DNA of 64,000 nt from Candidatus Eiseniibacteriota bacterium. GTDB lineage: Bacteria > Eisenbacteria > RBG-16-71-46 > CAZAMP01. Shown in pieces: positions 45,940 through 55,180 of this stretch. Both the position numbers and the translations under genes were made by a program. A model generated the notes under the pieces. It was not told where the DNA came from and did not search any database. It worked only from the letters and a program-made list of their open reading frames with translations. The number at the start of each line of letters is the position of its first letter. Position 1 is the first letter of the stretch. The stretch is taken from NCBI GenBank assembly GCA_965224245.1, contig OZ245046.1, positions 4,736,001 through 4,800,000 on the forward strand. Direction: 5' to 3'.

Positions 45940-47928
45940 TCAGGGGGTGAAGGTGATCGTCTCGTCGAGCGCGCGGTCCACGAGGAGATCAGTCGTCGCG
46001 GTCGCCCCGTCGGTGTCAACCGTAACCGTGTGGGGCGTATAGTCTTCCCGATTCATGGCCACGTCCGCGGTGTTCCAGATCCGCAGCTGCGAGAGAACGG
46101 TCTGCACGATACCGGCGCCATCGGTCGTGCCGGAGAACACCGTCTCGCCGAGCGCATCGCGGACCGTGACATGCGCACCTGACAACGCCGATCCGCCCCC
46201 GCCCACGACCGTGAGCCTCACGGTCCAGTCGACGCGGTACTCACCGGACCCCACCCATCCGCCGTACCCGATCGGCGTCATCTCGACCAACCCGGCGTCG
46301 ACTCCGTCCAGAAACTCGGTGTCCTGGATGATCACCGACACGGGATCGCGGTTGTTGAAGTACGTGCCCACGAAGTCAAGGGCGGGGTTCGTGCCCCGCG
46401 CGAACGTGTTGTGGTCGTACCGGACGCCCGAACATCCATGCCAGTAGTTGTAGAGGATCGACGAATCTGCCGTCACCCGGTTGTCCCGGAACGTCAGTCC
46501 TCCGTCGACGATCACCACCGAGATCCCGTCGGCCCGCGCCGACGTGGCGCCGACGCGCTCGGCGATCAGCTCGTTCTCGACGACCAGGTTGTTGGCGCCG
46601 GTGGTGAGGTTCGTGGCTCGAACGGCCTTCGCGTCGCACTCGAGCGCGCGCGCCCGGATGGTGTTCGCGTAGACGAGCACGTCCCGGGCCCCGTCCTCTA
46701 GCTGGACCCCGTATGCACCCCCCAGCTGACAGCCGCCATACTCGTCGTTCTGCGGGAGCTCGGTCACGTCGATGTCGTTGTCGTAGACGACGCACGACGG
46801 ACTGTTCACGTGCACTCCGCGCCCGCTCACGGGATGGATCGTGTTCTCGAACACCTCGACCCGCTCGCCGTACGCGTAGACGGAGAAGTCGTTGCTGTAG
46901 CGACCGTTCTGGCTGATGTCGTTTCGGTACACCTGGCTTCCGGCGGCCCGGACGATGATCCCGCCCTGCGCTCCGCCGATCAGCACGTTGTCGTGCACCA
47001 GATCCGGGCCGTACTCGCCGGGGCGAGCGATCCGGACCAGGGTGCCGTCGATCTGATGTCGGTTCCCGATCACGGTGACGTTGCTGATCAGCGTGTTGTC
47101 GTGCACGTCGAAGTTCCCGCGCAGAGCGGAGTCGGCGACCCAGATGTTCACGGCCGAGTTTCCGGACACCTCGATCTCGAGGTTCGAGATGTCGTAGTGG
47201 CCCGTCGAGTTCATCTGGTAGAAGGCGATGGCGTGGCTCCTTTCGCCGCCGCCCGCGCCTTGCCGGATCGTCCCGTTGCGGATGGCCAGGCCGGCGTCGT
47301 TGCCGCCCAGCGGGTTGTCCTCGACGCCGGCCCAGGACGCACCCGAGATCACGCCGTGATGCGGGCTCGTGCTCGGGCTCTCCGCGTACACGATCGTGTG
47401 GCCGTTCAGATCCAGCGTGATGTTCGGCGCCTGCACCGAGAAGCACGTCCCGTCGCAGGTGAGATCGGTCTCGAGGACGTAGTCCGCGCCGTCGACATCC
47501 AGGATGCCCGGCGCCGAGAGCGGTATCGTGGGGATCTCGTCCAGCGCGACTCCCCACAGCTCGACCTCCCGGTCGCCGTCGTCGGTCGAGATCGTCAGAA
47601 GCCCGTCGAATGCACCGAGTGTCTCCGGGACGAAGCTGACACGGAACCCGCCGGCGATCGTCGTCACCGTGAACGGTCCGGTGACGCTGGCACCGATGAC
47701 GCCCGATCCGTCCGTTCCGACGCTCCGCGCGAGAACGTCCCGGGCCTGAACGGGATCGTCCAGCCGCTGCTTCTCGAATCGCACGAACGCCGGCTCGACG
47801 ATCAGGAGCGACACCGTCCGGGACTCGGGCGGGGACGCCGGCGAGGACGGCGGGTCTCCGTCGTCCGGCGGGTCGACCGGGGAGACGCTGCACGCGGCGA
47901 GCAGCACGACCGGGATCAGGGCGTACAT
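45940..47928 (-). CDS. Lipoprotein with right-handed beta-helix repeats (pectate-lyase-like)
   Basis: LAAC lipobox, NITLDLNGHTI, repeated V..N.I PbH1-type motifs, C-terminal beta-sandwich. Confidence 0.75.
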   Translation of the reverse strand: MYALIPVVLLAACSVSPVDPPDDGDPPSSPASPPESRTVSLLIVEPAFVRFEKQRLDDPVQARDVLARSVGTDGSGVIGASVTGPFTVTTIAGGFRVSFVPETLGAFDGLLTISTDDGDREVELWGVALDEIPTIPLSAPGILDVDGADYVLETDLTCDGTCFSVQAPNITLDLNGHTIVYAESPSTSPHHGVISGASWAGVEDNPLGGNDAGLAIRNGTIRQGAGGGERSHAIAFYQMNSTGHYDISNLEIEVSGNSAVNIWVADSALRGNFDVHDNTLISNVTVIGNRHQIDGTLVRIARPGEYGPDLVHDNVLIGGAQGGIIVRAAGSQVYRNDISQNGRYSNDFSVYAYGERVEVFENTIHPVSGRGVHVNSPSCVVYDNDIDVTELPQNDEYGGCQLGGAYGVQLEDGARDVLVYANTIRARALECDAKAVRATNLTTGANNLVVENELIAERVGATSARADGISVVIVDGGLTFRDNRVTADSSILYNYWHGCSGVRYDHNTFARGTNPALDFVGTYFNNRDPVSVIIQDTEFLDGVDAGLVEMTPIGYGGWVGSGEYRVDWTVRLTVVGGGGSALSGAHVTVRDALGETVFSGTTDGAGIVQTVLSQLRIWNTADVAMNREDYTPHTVTVDTDGATATTDLLVDRALDETITFTP

Positions 47929-48214
47929 CGACGAGGCGCCTGGCAACGAGGATCGAACGGTTCTTCTGGTGGCCGGCATGCTCGCCTCTCTCGTGTCGCC
48001 TGGGGTCCCGCGGGGAAGTCGTGCGGGCGGGACACGACGCACGAGGACGGGGGTCGGGACGCCTCTCTCAACGGGCACACTCCACTTCTGGGTTTCGGAC
48101 ACGAACGCGCGGCGCTCGATTGGCGATGAGAGCTCGAGGCGGGCCGGTGGCTCGTCGCGGCCACCGCCGATCCATCGGCCTGCACGATAGCATGACCGTC
48201 GGCGTGCGGCGGAC

Positions 48215-49354
48215 TCAGGACCGGCGCTGGCTCCGAGCAGCCACTGACGCGTAGAGCTCCTCCAGCTGCGGCATGACCACGCCCCAGTCGTGACGGGAAA
48301 CCGCGACCCGGCGGGCCTCGGCTCCGATCCTTCGCCGGAGGTCGGCGTCTCGAAGCAGTCGCGAAAGCGCGCCGGTGAACCCGTTCCGGTCTCCGAGGTC
48401 GAACAGGTAGCCACTCTCGCCGTGCGAGATGAGCTCCTCGCTGCCGCCCACCCTCGACACCACAGAGGGCTTCCCGGCGACCATGCACTCGAGGACGGCG
48501 TTCGAGCTGCTCTCGCTTCGTGACACGAGCACGCCGACGTCGAATGCCTGCACGTCGCGCTCCGGATCCGAGGTGAAGCCGGGCAGTACGAATCTCCTGC
48601 CCAGCCCCCGCGCCGCGACTCTCGCCTCGAGCGAGCGTCGCTGCGGCCCTTCACCGAGGACGACCACGGCCGCGCCCGGCGCGTCGCCCAGGACGTCGGC
48701 CGCGGCCTCCACGAGAAACTCGAGGTTCTTGATCGGGCGCAGGTTGGCCAGCGCCCCGACCACCACCGCGTCGGCGGGAAGGCCCCATCCGGCCTTGATC
48801 GACCCGATCGTCTCCTCATCGAGGGGGGTGCGCCGCGAGACGTCGATGCCGTTCGGGATCGTCGTGACCCGATCGGGTGGGAGTCTCTCGATGCGCATCG
48901 CGGCCTCGGCCGCCGCTCTCGAGTTGGCCACGTAGTGGGTGGTGATGCGCGAGAGAATCCGGAGCGCGTTCCGGTGACGAATCGTGTACCAGTAGTCGGC
49001 ACCGATGCTGCGCCGGCTGGCGATGACGGGGACCTTCGCCCATCGGCCCCAGAACGCCCCGAACAGGTTCGAGTCGAGCAGAAAGGTGTGAACGAGGTCG
49101 ATGTTCCGATCGCCACAGATCTCCCGAAGCCGGCGACCTGCTCGCCAGAAATCCAGGCGGCCGAAGTAGGTGAAGTTCAGCGTGTCGGTGGGGCAGGGAA
49201 GCGTCAGGTTCGCCGGTCGGTTCGCTCCGCGCAGGAACACGAGGTGCGGCTCGAAACGGCGCCGATCGAGCCGCTCCAGCGTGGCCACGAGCTGCTTCTC
49301 GGTTCCTCCGGCCGTCGGGCCGATCTCGTCGATCAGACACAGGATGCGGATCAT
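48215..49354 (-). CDS. GT4 glycosyltransferase
   Basis: GGTEKQL, ANLRPIKN, SESSSNAVLECM. Confidence 0.9.
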   Translation of the reverse strand: MIRILCLIDEIGPTAGGTEKQLVATLERLDRRRFEPHLVFLRGANRPANLTLPCPTDTLNFTYFGRLDFWRAGRRLREICGDRNIDLVHTFLLDSNLFGAFWGRWAKVPVIASRRSIGADYWYTIRHRNALRILSRITTHYVANSRAAAEAAMRIERLPPDRVTTIPNGIDVSRRTPLDEETIGSIKAGWGLPADAVVVGALANLRPIKNLEFLVEAAADVLGDAPGAAVVVLGEGPQRRSLEARVAARGLGRRFVLPGFTSDPERDVQAFDVGVLVSRSESSSNAVLECMVAGKPSVVSRVGGSEELISHGESGYLFDLGDRNGFTGALSRLLRDADLRRRIGAEARRVAVSRHDWGVVMPQLEELYASVAARSQRRS

Positions 49355-49455
49355 GGGCCGGCGACGTCACCGGTGACGGCTCGGGTCGATGAGCGCGTGA
49401 CGGCCTCACGCTCGACCGCCGCCCACCCACGGGGTACGGGGAGGGTCATCGCGCG

Positions 49456-50385
49456 CTACGGCTGGTAACGGGACAGCTCCGGCTTCCGGGTCTTGTATCT
49501 CTCAAACGCGTCTTCCCAGCTGCGCGACATTTTCTCGGTCCACACGACGTCGTTGGGCTGCGCCTTGAACCATCCGCAGTACCGGCAGAGGACCTTCATC
49601 TGCTCGCGCAAGGCGCTCTCGTCGACCTGGTCCAGCCGCGGGATCCCCACGTCGAACCCGAACACGCGGGCGACGTTCATGCAGGGTGAACACGGATAGT
49701 ATCCGTACATCGTCGCACACAGACCGTAGGTCACGCTGATCCGGCTGCATCCCTTGGAGAAGTCGGAGAACCGATACGCGGGAACGTCGATCGGCGCCAC
49801 GTTGTAGGTCGCGAACGCGTAGCTCTGGGTTCCCGCCGCCTTGCTCGAGTTGTTCACGAGCACCCATTCCGCAAGCCGGTCGAGGACCGCATTCACCTTC
49901 GGCCCGACGCCGTTGGTCTCCAAGACGAACTGACACTCCGGATGGAAGGACCGGTACCGATCCAGCTCGGCGAGAAGATCGAAGAACTGCGGATGAAGCG
50001 ACGCCTCGCCGCCGGTGATCACGATTCGATCCCAGAAGTACTCGAGCCGGATCGCCTCGTCCACGATCGACCGGAGCTGCTCCACGCTCAGCATGTCCGA
50101 GGACACGGCTTGCTTGGCCGAGGTCTGACAGTTGTGGCAGCTCAGGTTGCAGGCGGCGGTGACGAAGATGCCCAGGTTGTTGTTCGAGTAGTACCGGTCA
50201 TGAAAGACCGTGGAGGCATGCAGCGCCCGGTACGCGCGTCGAGCGGCTCGGAACAGGCGCGAGCTCTCTCCGTCGTTCGCGATCGCGGCCTTGACTCGAC
50301 TCTTGAAGCTGGGCTTGCTCGACACACCCGAGCCGTCTCCGAGACGGTCGCTGTAGTGGGAGCAGGCCGGGACGCGTTGCGACAT
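49456..50385 (-). CDS. Radical SAM protein
   Basis: CNLSCHNC, ITGGEASLHP, ETNG, additional C-terminal cysteines. Confidence 0.85.
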   Translation of the reverse strand: MSQRVPACSHYSDRLGDGSGVSSKPSFKSRVKAAIANDGESSRLFRAARRAYRALHASTVFHDRYYSNNNLGIFVTAACNLSCHNCQTSAKQAVSSDMLSVEQLRSIVDEAIRLEYFWDRIVITGGEASLHPQFFDLLAELDRYRSFHPECQFVLETNGVGPKVNAVLDRLAEWVLVNNSSKAAGTQSYAFATYNVAPIDVPAYRFSDFSKGCSRISVTYGLCATMYGYYPCSPCMNVARVFGFDVGIPRLDQVDESALREQMKVLCRYCGWFKAQPNDVVWTEKMSRSWEDAFERYKTRKPELSRYQP

Positions 50386-50529
50386 GGGGCACTCCTTCTC
50401 GCCACGGGGCTCGCCTCCGACGGGCCGGTTTCCCGCGATCCCAACGCCGGTGGCCTTCGAATCATACACCTCTCGGCGCTCTCGTTTCGCATCGAAGGTC
50501 GGCGCTTCAATGGACTGCTATAAGACCAC

Positions 50530-52302
50530 TTACGGACCCCATTGCACGTCCTCGCCGCACTCGATGGCGATCTGCACGGGCTCCCCCTCGATGCACACCT
50601 TTCGCCAGATGGCGTAGTTGAGCATGTTCCAGAAGGTCATCGCACCCGCGCCATCGTCGCACCGGAGCCGCCAGATCAGATCCGGATCGAACACCTCCGC
50701 GGCCAGCGGCACGAACGGCTCGAAGAGCCCTCCCGGTGACGTCCAGAGAGAAGACCTCAGGCCGAAGCCCAGCTTCGGTCGTTCGACGATGAACGCGGGC
50801 ACCCCGATTCCTCGGGCAACGCCGCGAAGGATGCTCTTCGAACGCCGTAGCTTGTCCGGCCAGGCAACCGGCGCCGCGCTGTCCAGAACGCCGGGATGAT
50901 TGAACGGGTAGTAGACGCGTCGTCTGCTGGACTCGGCGAGCTTCGACCACAGGGACTGCGACACGGCGACGTCGCCCACGAGATCCAGACCCGTGATCAG
51001 GTCGTAGATCGACCGTTGACGGTGCGCGCACACGAACTCGCGGCGGCCCGCGACGATGTCCTCGGGGGTCGCACCGAAGTGCGATCGAACCCAGGGCTCG
51101 CTCCCGAAGCGCCCCAGCGAGTAGATCGCGTGGCGCGGGTCGTCGACGGGCCACGACATCGCCTTCCGGAGCGCGATGTCTCCGAGGAGCACCTCGCCCC
51201 GACCGCTCCACGACGCGACGAGCCCGGGAAGGGGCGCGAGGAACGGCGTGGCGAACGCGGCCAGGAGCTGCCGCCGTCTGGCGACGCGGTACACGGTATC
51301 GTGAAAGCCGAGGCCGAAGACGCCGTCGGCCCCCTGTCCGGAGACGACGATCGACCTCCCCGGGGGCAGACCCACCTCGAAGAGCCGATGGAGCAGGATC
51401 GACTGGAGATGATGGAGTGGCTCCTCCGCCGCGGCGACCGCATTCACGAACGCCCGCTGAAACTCGGACACGCTCGGGGCGTAGAAGTGGTGCCGACTCC
51501 CGAACGCGTCCGACGCCGTGGTGGCATACGCCTTCTCTGCATCATCCTCGGATCCGGTGGCCGGATACGACGTCGAGTACGTATCCTCGACCCCCAGATG
51601 ATCGCGGGCCAGCCCATAGAGGATCGAGGAATCCAGCCCACCGCTGAGCAAGAACGCAGCCTGGTCGCGAGCCGGCTCCAGATCCCGGGTGGCCTCGATC
51701 AACGCCATCCGTACACCCCGCACGCCGTCGTGGAGCGATCGCTCGCCCGCGGAGCCGGGCGGCTCGAAGGTCGTTCGGGAGATGATCCCCGTCCGCCCGG
51801 GTCGAATCGATACGCGGATGGACTCGTTAAGCGACAGCTGATGAACATCGTGGTAGAGCGTCGCCGGCGGAAGGACATGCCGGTAGACGAAGAACTCGGG
51901 GAGCCGGGAGTCGTTCTCCCGGATCGGGACTCCGAGCTTCCGGAGTGCGGAAACGTGAGTCGAGCAGAAGAAGTCGCCGTCCGAGGTGATGTGGTAGTAG
52001 ACGGGTCGGCCGGAGAGCATGGGCTTGTGGACGGTGATCTCACCTCTCGGGCCGTCGAAGCGAACGTGTGCCAGACAGTCCGATCGCATCCGGGACGTGA
52101 GCGGCGTCAGGAGCGTCTCGGCTACCTCGAAGCCCCGCTCGGACGTCTCCGCCTCGGACAGGAAGCCGTCGCTCACGACGATGTAGTGGTACGGCTCGCA
52201 GGCTCCACGTCGAGACCGCCAGCGTGGGTCCTCGATCTCCGGCAACGGTCCGCGTCCTGACACGCCCACCAGAAACATCAGGTGCCCCGCGCCGATGGGC
52301 AC
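50530..52302 (-). CDS. Asparagine synthase-like amide ligase
   Basis: LLSGGLDSS (PP-loop), SGQGADGVF, RPKLGF; no N-terminal Cys. Confidence 0.82.
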   Translation of the reverse strand: MPIGAGHLMFLVGVSGRGPLPEIEDPRWRSRRGACEPYHYIVVSDGFLSEAETSERGFEVAETLLTPLTSRMRSDCLAHVRFDGPRGEITVHKPMLSGRPVYYHITSDGDFFCSTHVSALRKLGVPIRENDSRLPEFFVYRHVLPPATLYHDVHQLSLNESIRVSIRPGRTGIISRTTFEPPGSAGERSLHDGVRGVRMALIEATRDLEPARDQAAFLLSGGLDSSILYGLARDHLGVEDTYSTSYPATGSEDDAEKAYATTASDAFGSRHHFYAPSVSEFQRAFVNAVAAAEEPLHHLQSILLHRLFEVGLPPGRSIVVSGQGADGVFGLGFHDTVYRVARRRQLLAAFATPFLAPLPGLVASWSGRGEVLLGDIALRKAMSWPVDDPRHAIYSLGRFGSEPWVRSHFGATPEDIVAGRREFVCAHRQRSIYDLITGLDLVGDVAVSQSLWSKLAESSRRRVYYPFNHPGVLDSAAPVAWPDKLRRSKSILRGVARGIGVPAFIVERPKLGFGLRSSLWTSPGGLFEPFVPLAAEVFDPDLIWRLRCDDGAGAMTFWNMLNYAIWRKVCIEGEPVQIAIECGEDVQWGP

Positions 52303-52338
52303 CCGAGCGCACCCGCTCCGGCCGACGTCGGCACCACG

Positions 52339-53733
52339 TCACGCGCTCCCGCCGGGCTGCGACGACCACGTCACAGGGACCTCCGAACGGACGAAGCGGA
52401 ACTTGCCGCTCGGTGGAACCTCGATCTCCGGCACCAGGCTCAGCTCCACTCTCAGCTCGCCGCCCGCGACGTCACCCAGGCGTCTCTCCAGTGCATCGAC
52501 GGCGGCCGGAGTCAGCTCGGAGTCCGCCTCCACGAGCACCAGAACGCGACCGCGCTCGCGCTGGACGACCTGGAACCGCCGGATCTCCGGCTCGTGATAG
52601 AAGGCGTGGCTGAACGCCTCCCCGTGAACCGCGCGACCGCTGGCGGTCACGATGAAGTCCGAGCGCCGACCCGCGATCGATTCCAGTCTGGCCAGCCGAC
52701 GTCCACACGGACACTCCCCCGACGCCCAGCTGCCGATGTCCTCGGTGTCGTACCGGATGAACGGCATTGCGTGGTTCACGAGATCGGTGACGACCAGGCG
52801 GCCACGGACGCCTGCAGGACAGGGGTCGCCCTTCTCGTCGAGAACCTCCACCAGGCGCGTGATCTCGTTCACGTGCAGGCCGGAGTGGGCGGGGCACTCG
52901 GATGCCAGATTGTTGATCTCGCGAGAGCCGTAGAAGTCGCAGACCGGACTCCCGAACGCGGCCTCGATCACCGTCCGATCAGCCGAGGACAGGCTCTCCG
53001 CCGAGGAGATCACGACACACGGCCGGATCCTCGCTCCGGGAAGCGACGCGAGGTAGCGCGCGGCGAGCGCGAGCGCCGATGCGTAGCCCATGACCACTCG
53101 CGGCTGCCAGTGGGTCAACATCCGCAGGTAGTCGCGCAGCTCCGACTCCGTCATCCGGAAGGCGTTGCACACCCGCACCTGCTCGACCTCCCGGGACACG
53201 CGATCGCGAAGTGACCGCCGCTGGTGCTCCGGCTCGTCGCGGCCCCACAGACACGCCATCCGCTCGCCGACGTCGAGGCCCCACCACCTCAGGAAGAACC
53301 GGTTGCTCGCCGCCCCCCAGCTCCGGTAGCGATCGTCCTGATAGAAGGTCGTCGGCATTCCCGTGGATCCGCCGCTCGTGTTCCGTTTGACCGCGCCGAC
53401 GCCCGAGGCCCGCATCTCCGCGGCATTGGCTCTCAGATCCGCCTTCGTCAACACGGGCAGCGCGCGAAACGTGTGACGGTCCCACGCGTGGGAGCCTCTC
53501 TCGCCCCGTCGCAATCGATCCGCATAGAATGGACACGCCTTCTCCGCGTGCGCGAGAAGGGCCGTCAGGCGGGACCATTGATGCGCTTCGATCTCGTCGC
53601 GACTCGCGAACTCCAGCGCGCGGTGCTCTTGAAGGTACCCGTCCACGCCCGGGTACCACCGACGATGACGGATCGTCTGGGCCCCTCGCAGAGACTCGGA
53701 ATAGACGCGACGAATCCAGTCACGCACGCTCAC
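52339..53733 (-). CDS. Phenylacetate-CoA ligase / CapK-like adenylating enzyme
   Basis: TSGGSTG, DFYGSRE, MPFIRYDTED, GRRSD, PPSGKFR. Confidence 0.88.
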   Translation of the reverse strand: MSVRDWIRRVYSESLRGAQTIRHRRWYPGVDGYLQEHRALEFASRDEIEAHQWSRLTALLAHAEKACPFYADRLRRGERGSHAWDRHTFRALPVLTKADLRANAAEMRASGVGAVKRNTSGGSTGMPTTFYQDDRYRSWGAASNRFFLRWWGLDVGERMACLWGRDEPEHQRRSLRDRVSREVEQVRVCNAFRMTESELRDYLRMLTHWQPRVVMGYASALALAARYLASLPGARIRPCVVISSAESLSSADRTVIEAAFGSPVCDFYGSREINNLASECPAHSGLHVNEITRLVEVLDEKGDPCPAGVRGRLVVTDLVNHAMPFIRYDTEDIGSWASGECPCGRRLARLESIAGRRSDFIVTASGRAVHGEAFSHAFYHEPEIRRFQVVQRERGRVLVLVEADSELTPAAVDALERRLGDVAGGELRVELSLVPEIEVPPSGKFRFVRSEVPVTWSSQPGGSA

Positions 53734-55180
53734 CGCTCCCGTCGGATGTGAGTCGCCCCGTGCTCGCCGCGCCGTCGTCGCGGGTCAGCTCGACGGAGAG
53801 CAGACGCCACATGGTGACCGCCATGCCGCCGTACAGGTACCACGTGCGACGCATGAGACTGTGCCCGAAGATGCCGGTCACGAGCAGCACGACCTGCCCT
53901 GCGAGGAGCCCCGTCAGAATCGCCCGCTCCGTGCTCCAGCCCTCGCGATGTCGGAGGAGGCGCACGCATCTCAGCTTCGTTCTCATCGAGTACCCCACGA
54001 ACAGAAGGAAGAATGCGGCACCGGGCACGCCGAGCTCGGCGGCGACCTGAACGTAGACACTGTGCGCCTGAAGCCAGGTGCCGGTCTGAGAGTAGTATGC
54101 CGGCGCAAACGCCGAGACGCCCACGCCGTTCAGGGGACGTTCCAGGACCATGCGCACGCCTGCCTTCCAGGCGTTGACGCGCCCCTCGGAGGACGCATCC
54201 AGCGTGGAGCTCGTCACCGTCCCGTATCGATGCTGGTATTGCTCGGGGAGTATCAGGAACGTGGAGATCAGCACGGTCAGGCCGAGCATGCCGGAGAGGA
54301 TCTTGCGCGGCGACATCAGCCAGAGCGCGACGAGTCCGCCGAATGCGCCGAGCACTGCGCCGCGGGACCCGGTCACCAGCATCGTGAAGAAGACGAGGAT
54401 CGTGCCGAGCGCGAAGGGCACCCGCCAGAGCCGCAGTGCTCGATCCATCGACAGAAGAGCGAACAGGGGCAGCGCGGCGGCCAGGGTCGTACCCAGGTGG
54501 TTCGGATCACCGCCTGCGCTGGTGACCCCGATGGCGCGATCCACGCCTTGCGCGAAGACGAGATCACCTGCGAGGTAGGCCCGGAAGGAGGTCGTCGCGA
54601 GATAGGTGACGAGAACGCAGAAAACCACGGCGAGGCCCCGGAGCTTCTTCCGCGAATCGGTCAGCTGGACGACGAGTATGTAGAACGTGAGGATCTTCCC
54701 CATCTCGATGAGACCCTCTTTGGACTGGAACCTCCAGTACGAGAACGGGACCGAGATCAGGCAGGCCAGCGCCAGCAGCAGCAGGAACACCGTGGGCCGG
54801 GATCGGTCGATCGTCAATCGCCTCTGGGACGTGAACTGGAGAAAGAACATGGCCAGCAGCGTCAACAGGCCGAGAGCTCGTTCCAGCCGGAGCGGCGCGA
54901 GAACCGGATAGAGCTCGGCCGGGCGCACGAAGAAGACGATCGTGTACACGACGAGCCCGACGTAGGGGTGCCGGAGAACGACCCCACAGACCGTTGCCGC
55001 GATCACCGCGCCCACGACCAGCAACGGAGGCAACGGGACGACCGCCAGGCCGGCGACGATGCTCACAACGATCGCCCCCGCGGCGAGCAGCAGGTTTCCG
55101 GTCCGCTTTACCGCCCGTGGACCCGGAGGCGGCGCGTGTCCGGCGCGCGGCGTCGGCATGCCGGCCGCCCTCGTGGTCAT
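53720..55180 (-). CDS. O-antigen ligase / Wzy-type polymerase
   Basis: Multi-TM; DPNHLG, TGSRGA, GVG, AHSVYVQVAAELG. Confidence 0.85.
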   Translation of the reverse strand: MTTRAAGMPTPRAGHAPPPGPRAVKRTGNLLLAAGAIVVSIVAGLAVVPLPPLLVVGAVIAATVCGVVLRHPYVGLVVYTIVFFVRPAELYPVLAPLRLERALGLLTLLAMFFLQFTSQRRLTIDRSRPTVFLLLLALACLISVPFSYWRFQSKEGLIEMGKILTFYILVVQLTDSRKKLRGLAVVFCVLVTYLATTSFRAYLAGDLVFAQGVDRAIGVTSAGGDPNHLGTTLAAALPLFALLSMDRALRLWRVPFALGTILVFFTMLVTGSRGAVLGAFGGLVALWLMSPRKILSGMLGLTVLISTFLILPEQYQHRYGTVTSSTLDASSEGRVNAWKAGVRMVLERPLNGVGVSAFAPAYYSQTGTWLQAHSVYVQVAAELGVPGAAFFLLFVGYSMRTKLRCVRLLRHREGWSTERAILTGLLAGQVVLLVTGIFGHSLMRRTWYLYGGMAVTMWRLLSVELTRDDGAASTGRLTSDGSGERA

